Position numbers and translations under genes: made by a program. From the NCBI GenBank assembly GCA_963976765.1, contig CAXBME010000012.1, forward strand, positions 186,001-217,188: a DNA stretch of 31,188 bases, in the 5' to 3' direction. Each line of letters starts with the position of its first letter. Position 1 is the first letter of the stretch. Shown one piece after another: positions 7,388 through 16,756 of the stretch. The notes below the pieces were generated by a model that saw only the letters and a program-made list of their open reading frames with translations, did not search any database and was not told the origin of the DNA. This stretch comes from an uncultured Planctomycetaceae bacterium (GTDB taxonomy: Bacteria; Planctomycetota; Planctomycetia; Planctomycetales; Planctomycetaceae).

Positions 7388-9862
7388 GTGCCTGAATTCG
7401 GCCCAATGCAGCCTGCCAACTCCGATTCCATCTCCGAGAGCTGTCCCTCCCCGCCAAACTTCCTTGAGAAGACCGCCGCGGCAGTGATTCATTGGAGATT
7501 GGCGATTCTGGCCGTCGCCGCAATCGTGACGTTTCTCGCGTGGCCAATTGCTGCTCGTCTGAATTTCGACCAGTCCATTGAGTCTCTGTACGCAGACGAC
7601 GATCAACATTTCGCAGCATATGCCCGAAGCAAGTCCCACTTTGGCGGTGACGAATTTGCGATTGTCGCCTGGGAAGAGACAGGCATCCTTTCTGAAGATT
7701 CAACATCAGTTTCGCCGAGTAGTCGAGGTCGGATTGAAGCACTTGCTGAAAAGTTATCGCTTATCCCCGGCGTGGAATCCGGCAGTGTTCAACATGCCGT
7801 TGACGCTCTCGCGTTTCCCTACAAACGGGACAAAGTCGTAAAACTGATCGAGGGCATGTTGATTGGCTCAGACCGCAATACGACTGCGATCGTCGTGCGT
7901 CTTCTGCCCGAGTCATCTGCCCCGGTATCACGTGCAGAGACCGTTACTCAGATTCGGCAACTGGCGAGAACCCATCAACCACCCGCATATGTTGTCGGCG
8001 AACCCGTTCAAATTCACGACATGTTTCGATACGTCGAAGAAGACGGCAACGAACTGTTCCAGTTTTCGCTGGCCCTGCTTGCTTGCGTCCTGTTTATCCT
8101 GTTTCGAACGATGCGATGGGTTGTGCTGCCGATCGTTGTCGTCGTGTTCACGATACGCTGGACGGAAGCCTTACTGGTACTGGCAGGTGCTCAATTGAGC
8201 ATGGTCAGTTCGATGATGAATTCGCTTGTGACCATCATAGGCGTGGCTACATCAACTCATCTGGCCATGAGATTTCGAGAATACACCAGAACGATGGAGC
8301 GGCGGCCTGCACTCGTCCGAGCACTTGCCGAACTGGTCCCGCCGATATTCTGGACGTGCGCCACAACGGCTGTTGGCTTCGCCGCGCTACTGTCCAGCAG
8401 CATTACACCGGTCCGAAGCTTCGGACTCATGATGGCACTGGCCACGCTGCTGATATTCATCGTTGTCGTACTGCTGACACCTGGTGGAATGGCACGCTGG
8501 TTCCATCGAACTGATGGTCTGCGACGTGACTCAACTCGACTCAATAGCTGGCTTCACCTGATCGCTGGAGATCCGATCCCCGCTCCATCCGAAAGGCATC
8601 TCGTCACAGTCCTGCAGGGGGTGTCGCGATTTGTCGAACGCCGCCCCGGTCGAGTCACAGCCACTGCACTTTCGATTGTGATTCTGGCCACCATTGGCAT
8701 GACCAGATTGAGAGTTGAAACCGACTTCAGTAGGAATTTCCGCGAAGACAGCGAGCTTGTTCAGTCTCTGAACTTTGTCGAAACACGTCTTGGTGGAGCC
8801 GGAACCTGGGAAGTCAACTTTTCGGCTCCAACTCCGTTGACCGACGAATTTCTTGTCACTGTCCGCGCCCTTGCGGCCAGATTGCGGACAGACCTGCTCG
8901 CACCATCACATGAGCCAGCATCTGCCACGGGGCGTCTGACAAAGGTTGTCAGTCTGACAGATGGATTGGACCTTGTTCCTACGGAGATTGGAGTTGGGTT
9001 CTTTTCAAAATCCTTGTCGCTCGAACAGCGTCTTGGATTGCTCTCGAACATGCAAAGTGAAATCGTCAATGGACTCTACGATCCGAAGAACGGCAGAATG
9101 CGAATCGCCCTTCGAGGCCTGGAACGTCAGAAGTCTGAAGCAAAGCTGAAGCTGATCGCGAGAGTTGATGAAATTGCTCGGGATGTCTTGAAGACGGATC
9201 CACAACACCCCGGCGAACGACCAGCAGCGCGGCGCGACGATATTCAACCGCTACCAGGAATTGCAGCGGAAGTCTCGCCACCATCAATCGAAACGACTGG
9301 CATGTTCGTCCTGCTCACATTCCTGATTGAAAGCCTTCTTCGAGACCAGCTGATCAGCTTCTGCATTGCTGCCGTTGGAATTGGAACGATGATGGCGATC
9401 GCTTTTCGCAGCTTTACAATCGGACTGATTGCACTCATCCCGAATGTGTTTCCCATCGTACTCGTTCTAGGAACGATGGGCTGGGTTGGCGTACCAATCA
9501 ACATTGCTTCTGCAATGATCGCCAGCGTCTCAATGGGCTTGACCGTTGATAACAGCGTCCATTACCTGTCTGCTTATCGTCGCGTCAGGCGAACTGGTGT
9601 TTCTGTTCAGGAATCAATCGACAGAACTCAAACCCAGGTTGGTCGATCGCTGGTTTTCGCCAACGTTGCGTTAATTGCTGGCCTGTCCGTGCTAACAATG
9701 TCTCAGTTCATTCCTTTAGTCTACTTCGGGATCCTGGTGAGTGTCGCCATGCTGGGAGGGCTTGCTGGAAATCTCTTTCTACTTCCTCTGATGCTTGCCC
9801 GAGTCGACAACGACAGACCAGCGCAACTTGTCACGGAACCCGATTCAACGATGCCAAACTAA
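7388..9862 (+). CDS. MMPL/RND family transporter permease
   Basis: Two repeats of TM + large periplasmic loop + 5 TM. Motifs FGGDEF, TTAVGFAALL...PVRSFG, GLTVDNSVHYL, and FG...LLP at the C-terminus. Start is uncertain (GTG 7388 or ATG 7406). Confidence 0.9.
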   Translation: MPEFGPMQPANSDSISESCPSPPNFLEKTAAAVIHWRLAILAVAAIVTFLAWPIAARLNFDQSIESLYADDDQHFAAYARSKSHFGGDEFAIVAWEETGILSEDSTSVSPSSRGRIEALAEKLSLIPGVESGSVQHAVDALAFPYKRDKVVKLIEGMLIGSDRNTTAIVVRLLPESSAPVSRAETVTQIRQLARTHQPPAYVVGEPVQIHDMFRYVEEDGNELFQFSLALLACVLFILFRTMRWVVLPIVVVVFTIRWTEALLVLAGAQLSMVSSMMNSLVTIIGVATSTHLAMRFREYTRTMERRPALVRALAELVPPIFWTCATTAVGFAALLSSSITPVRSFGLMMALATLLIFIVVVLLTPGGMARWFHRTDGLRRDSTRLNSWLHLIAGDPIPAPSERHLVTVLQGVSRFVERRPGRVTATALSIVILATIGMTRLRVETDFSRNFREDSELVQSLNFVETRLGGAGTWEVNFSAPTPLTDEFLVTVRALAARLRTDLLAPSHEPASATGRLTKVVSLTDGLDLVPTEIGVGFFSKSLSLEQRLGLLSNMQSEIVNGLYDPKNGRMRIALRGLERQKSEAKLKLIARVDEIARDVLKTDPQHPGERPAARRDDIQPLPGIAAEVSPPSIETTGMFVLLTFLIESLLRDQLISFCIAAVGIGTMMAIAFRSFTIGLIALIPNVFPIVLVLGTMGWVGVPINIASAMIASVSMGLTVDNSVHYLSAYRRVRRTGVSVQESIDRTQTQVGRSLVFANVALIAGLSVLTMSQFIPLVYFGILVSVAMLGGLAGNLFLLPLMLARVDNDRPAQLVTEPDSTMPN

Positions 9863-9918
9863 CCTGATTCTCTCGTTCATTATCGACCACCTCTTTCGCG
9901 ACCAACGGACTTTCATCC

Positions 9919-11349
9919 ATGTCAGCAGATCATCCAGGCACGCTCGGAGACCTTAAAGCAAGTGGCTACTCGCCCGAGAGCGTCAAAGACGAAATGCGTC
10001 GTAACCTGATTCGAAAGTTGAAGTCACACGGAACATTGTTCCCAGGAATCGTCGGCTACGATGAAACCGTCATTCCTCAAATCACTAACGCAATTCTTTC
10101 CAGACATGATCTGCTGTTTCTCGGGCTGCGCGGTCAGGGGAAGACTCGCATGCTTCGCATGTTGGCGACGCTCCTTGACGATTCGATTCCGATCGTTGCC
10201 GGATCCGAAATTAATGACGACCCGCTGAGTCCTCTGTCACGCTTCGCCCGTGATCGAGTCGCCACCGAAGGTGATGGCTGCCCGATTGAATGGGTGGGTC
10301 GCAGCGATCGGTACCACGAAAAACTGGCGACACCTGACGTGACCATTGCCGACCTGATCGGTGAGGTTGACTTGATCAAGCACGCAGAAGGTCGCCATCT
10401 TTCCAGCGAAGATGTGATGCATTTTGGCTTGATTCCCCGCAGTCATCGCGGAATCTTCTGCATGAATGAGCTGCCGGATCTCAGCCCGAAAATTCAAGTC
10501 GGTCTGTTCAATGTGCTTGAAGAAAGAGACATCCAGATCCGAGGTTTCACGGTTCGACTGCCACTCGACCTGTGCCTTGTTTTTTCCGCCAACCCGGAAG
10601 ACTACACAAACCGCGGTCGAATCGTGACGCCACTAAAGGACCGAATCGGTTCTGTGATCAGTACGCATTATCCAGCGACAAGAGAAATCGGCGTCACCAT
10701 TACAAGAGAAAATGCATGGACTGACCGCGAGACCGAGGTGACTGTCGTTGTCCCCACCTTCATTCATTCGATTCTTGAGGAAACATCACGGCTCGCTCGC
10801 ATGAGCCCGCACGTCAACCAGGCGTCCGGCGTCAGCGTGCGGATGTCGATCGCAAATCTTGAAAACGCTGTTTCCAACGCCGAACGAAGAGCTTTGCTTC
10901 ATGGAGAATCGTACGCTGCGGTTGGCATCAATGATCTGGCACACATTATCCCGAGTGCTCGCGGCAAGATGGAACTGGCCATGTCTGACGAACCTGGCGA
11001 AGAAGATCGACTTGTCAGTCGCCTGTTGGGCGAGGCGATTAAGAACGTGTTTGACGAGTCGTTCAAGCCAAAACAGTTTCGAAGTCTTGCCGAGCACTTT
11101 GAGACCACAGAATTCGTCGTCATCGGCGATGGAATCAGCCTATCCGACACCCGCAAAGTAATGGCGTCCCTGCCCGGAATTGGTGGTCAACTTGCTGAAC
11201 TGACATCGCAGCTCGAACCTGAGTTAACAGACGACACCTTTCGCGCCGCACTGGAAGTTTCAGTTGCCGGATTCGTTCTTGACGCTCTTCACCATCACAA
11301 TCGACTGAACCGGCGGACAACGAAGCACGGACTGGCGTATGGCTTATAG
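9919..11349 (+). CDS. Magnesium-chelatase-type AAA+ ATPase (ChlI/MoxR-related, Rv0958-like)
   Basis: Walker A GLRGQGKT, EKLATPD, variant Walker B IFCMNELPDL, SANPEDYTNRGRIVTPLKDRIGS and SGVSVR. Confidence 0.88.
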   Translation: MSADHPGTLGDLKASGYSPESVKDEMRRNLIRKLKSHGTLFPGIVGYDETVIPQITNAILSRHDLLFLGLRGQGKTRMLRMLATLLDDSIPIVAGSEINDDPLSPLSRFARDRVATEGDGCPIEWVGRSDRYHEKLATPDVTIADLIGEVDLIKHAEGRHLSSEDVMHFGLIPRSHRGIFCMNELPDLSPKIQVGLFNVLEERDIQIRGFTVRLPLDLCLVFSANPEDYTNRGRIVTPLKDRIGSVISTHYPATREIGVTITRENAWTDRETEVTVVVPTFIHSILEETSRLARMSPHVNQASGVSVRMSIANLENAVSNAERRALLHGESYAAVGINDLAHIIPSARGKMELAMSDEPGEEDRLVSRLLGEAIKNVFDESFKPKQFRSLAEHFETTEFVVIGDGISLSDTRKVMASLPGIGGQLAELTSQLEPELTDDTFRAALEVSVAGFVLDALHHHNRLNRRTTKHGLAYGL

Positions 11350-11360
11350 CTCGCGTTCGA

Positions 11361-11437
11361 CTTAGTTTCGTACACCGGGTTGCGAGCGGCTTCAGTTTCG
11401 AAAACCGGGTTGCGAGCGGCTTCAGTTTCGAAAACTG
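11361..11437. repeat. 30-bp tandem repeat (two exact copies plus degenerate flanks) between convergent genes
   Basis: ACCGGGTTGCGAGCGGCTTCAGTTTCGAAA at 11374-11403 and 11404-11433; partial copy CTTAGTTTCGTAC upstream; terminal hairpin CAGTTT-CGA-AAACTG at 11423-11437. Confidence 0.9.
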
Positions 11438-11599
11438 GCAGACACTCAGGTCTCACGTGACAGGGATTTGATTACCCTGTCCAAACCTGCGTCGAGCGTG
11501 TGCTCATTGGCAGCTGGTTTTACAATGCTTCAAAGCAAAAGGCTCGACAGACAAACTGTCGAGCCTTCCGGATTCATTGACGTTTTCGTGTTCTGAAGA

Positions 11600-13561
11600 T
11601 CAGAATTTTGGGACTTTGATTCGCTTGCCCACTTCGGCATACCTTGGATCCCAGAATGTGGAATCAAACCGGAAACCGTATCGACGGCCCTTATCCCACA
11701 TGGCTCGGCCAGCCCACGGAGTCCCGGCGTGCTCTTTGGCAACCGCGTCGAAGGCTTGATCAGCTTTCTGCATTTCAGAATCCAGGAGTGCAAGATATTC
11801 AGACTTTGATTCTTTAATCTTGAACCCTTTCTTGATCCGGTCAAACTGCTCGTCGGACGGAATCATGTGTTTCCCGTTGTAATGAATGTCCCAACGGTTG
11901 TGTTTTGGATCCTTCGGCTTCCGTGCACTCGACGCATGATCGTCGAGTGTCAGCAGGTATTGAAAGAGTCTGACTCGATAGGCGAGACATTGAGAGTTGA
12001 TCAGGTCGTAAGCCGCACGCCATCTCTGCGAATCTTCTTTTGCTCGCAGTGGTCGAATTTTCTCAATCAATGAGATCGCTTTGTTCAATTGCCCCATCGC
12101 GTACGAAGCTTTTTCGAACTCCTGCCCGCCTTCTTTCTGAAATTCCTCAGCCTCAACTGAGAAGTGCCAGGTTCTCATGTTGAGTTTGTTATCCCAATGT
12201 GGGTTGAGATTCTTGATCACTTCCCACACGCCTGTTCGGAATTCACTTCGGGCTCGTTGCTCTTCGTAGTCGCGACGCGACAGAAGCAGAGGCTCGTACT
12301 CCTTCATTGCCAGTGCCTGAAACTTTCGAGCTTCAATGGCCGCTGGCTTTCCGACGATGTTTTCTTCCTCGCCGGGAAGCATGAAGTAGACTCCCCCTGT
12401 TTCTTTACAAAGGCGAACCTGCGAGTATGGACCGAACCCACTTGGCGAACTGTCATGCCGAGCGTGCAGGCCGTCCCATTGCAAAGCCTCAGGATAAGCG
12501 GTCTCCGGGCCACGGTTGATCCAAACCCAGTGGTTAAGCTGGTACACAGGATCCTGCCAACGAATCCTGGCAAACGGGTAACCGAAAATTGCTTCCCGGC
12601 CCATGCAATAAACGGGAGCCTTCGCTTTCTCACAAGCCTGAATTGCCTGTTCGATCTGGCCGTAGTCATTGAGGTTTGTGTCACCGGCATCGGAAGGGGA
12701 CTCGTCACTGACGACGATGATGACCAGGCGACGTTTTTGGCTTCGTGCTTTGGGGCCGAACTCTTTGATGACCTCAAGGATGGCCCCATACATGTTCTCG
12801 TCGCCGCTTTCATCGATTGGAATTTTGTCAATCGCAGAGCGGATTTCGTTGACGTCTGTGGTCGACTTTTTTGTGAGTTCCCGGACTGATTTGCCAAAAC
12901 TGCAGATTGAAGTCAGCAGAACCTCTTCACGATCCTTCAGGCTCGCGTCTTTTCGAGACTGAATTCCCAGCTCTTCATAAATTTTATGGAACTTTTGAGC
13001 GATCTCAGCCTGATCGTCTTTCATACTGTTCGACTCATCGAACAGCCACACGGCCATGACCTTTTCTGACCGCATCATGCGGATCAGTTCCTGAGTCATC
13101 CTGGACAAGGCGGCGCCGTACCCTTCGACCATCGCCCCGACTTCGCCGTTGACCTCCCCCATACCCAGGTCATCGCCAAGCATGTTTTCGCCAACCACGT
13201 CTCTGACGCTGGCCTGGACGTCAAACTCAACTTCCTGAAGCGATTCAGAAGTCTCGACCTTCTGCTGAGCAACAGCCGGGGCGCCAGAACCACCGACAGC
13301 AGTCGATACCGCTCCGCCTGCGATGAAGTTCTGCGTCTCCGCAATCTCCGTGTCGGTTTCGAGAGGCTTGGTGAATTCTTCCTGCTGACGCTCATCGTCA
13401 AACACAGTTTCCAGAACGATATCAGGCAGCTTGTCGTTCAGTTCAAAGTGAATAAAGGTCAGACCTCCCAGCAGGATGACATGCGCCACCATGGAAGTTC
13501 CGAGTGCCGAAAAACTTGCTGAACGATTCATGAGCCAGATACTCCGGAAAAATAAACGCAA
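11600..13561 (-). CDS. Membrane-anchored VWA-domain protein (planctomycete type), paralog 2
   Basis: N-terminal TM (SMVAHVILLGGL), acidic linker, MIDAS WLFDESNS, IIVVSDE, LCKETGGVY, and helical C-terminus with GTPWA. Start is TTG 13561 or ATG 13531. Confidence 0.85.
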   Translation of the reverse strand: MRLFFRSIWLMNRSASFSALGTSMVAHVILLGGLTFIHFELNDKLPDIVLETVFDDERQQEEFTKPLETDTEIAETQNFIAGGAVSTAVGGSGAPAVAQQKVETSESLQEVEFDVQASVRDVVGENMLGDDLGMGEVNGEVGAMVEGYGAALSRMTQELIRMMRSEKVMAVWLFDESNSMKDDQAEIAQKFHKIYEELGIQSRKDASLKDREEVLLTSICSFGKSVRELTKKSTTDVNEIRSAIDKIPIDESGDENMYGAILEVIKEFGPKARSQKRRLVIIVVSDESPSDAGDTNLNDYGQIEQAIQACEKAKAPVYCMGREAIFGYPFARIRWQDPVYQLNHWVWINRGPETAYPEALQWDGLHARHDSSPSGFGPYSQVRLCKETGGVYFMLPGEEENIVGKPAAIEARKFQALAMKEYEPLLLSRRDYEEQRARSEFRTGVWEVIKNLNPHWDNKLNMRTWHFSVEAEEFQKEGGQEFEKASYAMGQLNKAISLIEKIRPLRAKEDSQRWRAAYDLINSQCLAYRVRLFQYLLTLDDHASSARKPKDPKHNRWDIHYNGKHMIPSDEQFDRIKKGFKIKESKSEYLALLDSEMQKADQAFDAVAKEHAGTPWAGRAMWDKGRRYGFRFDSTFWDPRYAEVGKRIKVPKF

Positions 13562-13607
13562 TCACATTGATGCGTACTTGCCGCTTGCAAAAAATGGCGG
13601 CGTTGAA

Positions 13608-15527
13608 CTACAGGCTAGGCGGTTTCGGACGAGGAACCAGCTTCTTCTTCCCTGTCTTGGGATCCACTTCTTCCAGGAAGAGGACGCCTTTCTGGGGTTC
13701 TCCGTTCCCGCCCATTCGTCCAGTTGCCGAGTAATTTGTGTATGACTCCTGCCAGGTCCAGCCCATTTGACGCTCAAGTTCCATTTCCGCCAGATAGGCC
13801 CACGGAGTTCCCTGGTGGTTGTCGACCACGCGGCTGAGATATTCAGTGGCACGGGTAACGATCTTTCGAATCAATGGCCCAGTCTCGACATCGCCAGAAG
13901 CAACCATTGTCCAGGTATTGTTACCCTCTTTCTCGAAAGTCTTTGGTGCAACTTTCATCTGAGCAAGCATGATGTTGTAACCCATTGCCCGAGCCTGCAA
14001 TGCCAAGGCACGCCCCATCGCGAGGTCATAAGCGGCTTGCCAGCGCGGTTCCTTGAGCTTCTCGCGGTCCTTCTCTCCAGCTTCAAGCTGCGTCACAATT
14101 TCAGTCACGCGATGCCCAAGAATGGCTACAGCCTTCTGAGCTTCTGAAGCTTCTGTTCGCAAGGCGTTATCCGAGTCAGCCCGAAATCGCGTCTGAGGAG
14201 CACGGACTTGCGTCAACCGCGTCCCTTCAGCTGCCGTCAGCAGAGCCATCTTCGTCGAGTTTCGAGTGACATCCTGCTGGTAGAACCGCGACGGTCGATA
14301 ATCCGGCAGGTATTCTTTCATCAGCGAAACATCGAACTGTTTTCCTCGCGAATCCTGAGCGATCAGATACAGCCCCCCGGTTTCCGCACAGAGGCGTGTC
14401 AGAGCGTAGGGACCAAGCCCGGACGAAATTCGCCCGGAATCAACTCCTCGTGCTCCCCAGAAAGGAAGATCAAGAACTTCCATCTGGACAGACTCAGGCC
14501 CCTGATCGACCGCAACGTCAACTTCATAGCCATCTGAATACTTGTAGGTCACATAGCCCTTCTCACGACCAAACGGTGACGAGTTGCCGATGCAGTAGAC
14601 TCGAAAGCCAGTCTTTGAGCACATGGCGGCAACTGTTTCCAGATGCTGAAAGTCATCGCCACGCTCATCAGTAACCAGTACGATCATGCAGTTATGTTTG
14701 TCACGGGCCGACCGAAATCGCTTCCACTTGTTGACAACCTGCCCAACCGCCGTGAATGCCATTTCCTTTCCGGAATCGTCGTCTTTGATGCCCCGAACCA
14801 GATTGACAGCTTTCCCGATGTCAGTAATCGGCTCCGGAGTGTAGAAATTGATTCCCTCGCCAAAACCAACAATCGCGGTCTTGAGTGGCGAGTTTCGTTC
14901 CGCCTTCAGACTGTCGAGTTGACCGTAGATATTCTCAAACCGGTCGGCGATTTCATTTCGGCGAATGGCCAGGGAACCCGACTCGTCAAATAACCAGACG
15001 ACCAGAGTCTCGCGTTCCTTCAGAGAGTTGATGACTTCGTAGGTCATCCTGTCGATAGAGCCCTCAACACCGCCCGTCTTTTCGGACGTGCCGGTTGTCT
15101 CGACGACGCTTGTCAGATCAGCCGACGGCGGCTGCATGACTTCGTTAATTGGTGGTGCTTCGACCACAAGCAGATCCTCTTCAAGCTCCCGCTTGATCTG
15201 ATCCTGCTGGTTCTGGCTCATCACCTGAGCTGCAGCCTGCGACGACGTCAACGTGTTTGCTTCACTCGCGTTTCCGACGAGATCCTGAACAGTCACGTCG
15301 AACTTGTAGTCGCGTTGGTCTAACTCGTCGACCACGCTGGTGATCAGGTTGTCGGTGTCAGGACCGGCCGTCACGTAGATAATGCTTCGAAGCATTAAGA
15401 GAACGACGACATGCACCGCCAGGCTGACTGCCCAGGCTGGGATCTCACGCGTACCGGAGACGGAAGCCGAACTCAGTGCGGCGTCGTCAGCAGTGTGGCG
15501 ATAGCTGTCGCTGGTGAAATTGCTCAC
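13608..15527 (-). CDS. Membrane-anchored VWA-domain protein (planctomycete type), paralog 1
   Basis: PAWAVSLAVHVVVLL TM, MIDAS WLFDESGS, IVLVTDE, LCAETGGLY and GTPWA. GTG start preceded by an AAAGGAG RBS. Confidence 0.87.
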   Translation of the reverse strand: MSNFTSDSYRHTADDAALSSASVSGTREIPAWAVSLAVHVVVLLMLRSIIYVTAGPDTDNLITSVVDELDQRDYKFDVTVQDLVGNASEANTLTSSQAAAQVMSQNQQDQIKRELEEDLLVVEAPPINEVMQPPSADLTSVVETTGTSEKTGGVEGSIDRMTYEVINSLKERETLVVWLFDESGSLAIRRNEIADRFENIYGQLDSLKAERNSPLKTAIVGFGEGINFYTPEPITDIGKAVNLVRGIKDDDSGKEMAFTAVGQVVNKWKRFRSARDKHNCMIVLVTDERGDDFQHLETVAAMCSKTGFRVYCIGNSSPFGREKGYVTYKYSDGYEVDVAVDQGPESVQMEVLDLPFWGARGVDSGRISSGLGPYALTRLCAETGGLYLIAQDSRGKQFDVSLMKEYLPDYRPSRFYQQDVTRNSTKMALLTAAEGTRLTQVRAPQTRFRADSDNALRTEASEAQKAVAILGHRVTEIVTQLEAGEKDREKLKEPRWQAAYDLAMGRALALQARAMGYNIMLAQMKVAPKTFEKEGNNTWTMVASGDVETGPLIRKIVTRATEYLSRVVDNHQGTPWAYLAEMELERQMGWTWQESYTNYSATGRMGGNGEPQKGVLFLEEVDPKTGKKKLVPRPKPPSL

Positions 15528-15754
15528 AGCGGGCTCCTTTTTGTCGTCGTCAAAAGATGACAGGTGCTATCAGAAGAGTCGATGATGCTCGTCCTGAGAT
15601 CTGCGGTAACTCTTTGGTGAAGGCAAATTTCGAATCAGCTGGAACGTCAAACCCATTCCAACAAACGGGTTAAGTTACAGCACAAATTTAGAGTCCACAA
15701 CTCTGAATCCGCATAACTAACACTCGAAGCCCCTCAAATGTTCTGCCGAAAACG

Positions 15755-16666
15755 TTATGAAAAACAGAGTTTCTCAGCAGGAAAAACGGGCCCTTCCACA
15801 CAGGTTCTTCGGTAGTCAGTCGTGCCGTCGTCCATTCGAACTCTGGTAACGCAGCTGAAACAGATTCCGAAGCCGCACGCCATTGGAGTTTCCAGCGAAA
15901 GCCAGCACGGAATCTGGTTCCTGGACGCAATTTTTCCGACTGCTTCCATCATCGGCTCAGGCCCGCAGCAAAAGATCGCATCCGGTGGCGAGTCGCTCGA
16001 AACCAACTCGGCCAGCGTATCAGTAACGAACCCGTGGCGTCCGAAACTGCCATTGTCTGTTGAAATATGAACATCGGCACCGGCTGCTTCGAAGAGATCG
16101 ACACAAGCTAGATAATTCTTTGACCGAGCGCCGTAGCACAATGATACAGATTTAGGCTGATGCGAAACTAAACGACCATTTTCACCATACACTCTGTTGC
16201 CAAGAGCTTCGTTTGTTACCGCTAGAAATGGCGTCACGCCAATTCCACCTGCAACCAGACAAAGGTTCTCGACGTCTGGAACTGGAAACCCGTTCCCCAG
16301 CGGCCCCCATAAGACGCAGGGATCATCCGCTCGCCAGGTTGTCATCAGCCTTGTCATCTTGCCGACTACGACATACCCGAAATCGACTCCGGCAACCTGC
16401 CCTTCGGAATCGGTCCAGACATCGAGCAGTGCGAACGGGCGTCCCAGCATCGGGTCCGTCACTCGAGCATCACGGACCATGAAAAACTGACCGGGCGTGA
16501 TCTGCCTTGCCAACTCCGGGCAGGCGAGACGCATGATCCACGTGTCCTGCGCGACGCATCTGTTGTCGATGACCAGCCCTCGGCACTCCACTGCCGTTGG
16601 AACTGAACCTGCCAGATCGTGTGTTTCGCAACCAGTTTCCATGACAAACCCTTGTCGATTGATCAC
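15755..16666 (-). CDS. pyrK: Dihydroorotate dehydrogenase electron transfer subunit (FAD/NAD-binding, 2Fe-2S)
   Basis: Motifs PGQFFMV, LGRPFA, GPLGNGF, AGGIGVTP, CGPEPMM and ETPMACGFGICFSC...RTCVEGPVF. Start is GTG 16666 or ATG 16642. Confidence 0.88.
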   Translation of the reverse strand: MINRQGFVMETGCETHDLAGSVPTAVECRGLVIDNRCVAQDTWIMRLACPELARQITPGQFFMVRDARVTDPMLGRPFALLDVWTDSEGQVAGVDFGYVVVGKMTRLMTTWRADDPCVLWGPLGNGFPVPDVENLCLVAGGIGVTPFLAVTNEALGNRVYGENGRLVSHQPKSVSLCYGARSKNYLACVDLFEAAGADVHISTDNGSFGRHGFVTDTLAELVSSDSPPDAIFCCGPEPMMEAVGKIASRNQIPCWLSLETPMACGFGICFSCVTRVRMDDGTTDYRRTCVEGPVFPAEKLCFS

Positions 16667-16756
16667 CTTCCCGCATTGCTGCTCGCTAAAGAGGCGGCCT
16701 CAACCACACGAAACTGAAATCGAGCACCCACGCATGATGAAATAACGGCGGCGTCT

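Noticed and set aside
9919..11349. bchI/chlI implying photosynthesis or cobalamin synthesis
   Set aside because: Motifs match the widespread non-photosynthetic Rv0958-like subfamily, and no chlH/chlD/cobN genes are nearby.
11361..11437. 30-bp repeat as a CRISPR array
   Set aside because: Units are directly adjacent with no spacers, there are only two full copies, and there are no cas genes.
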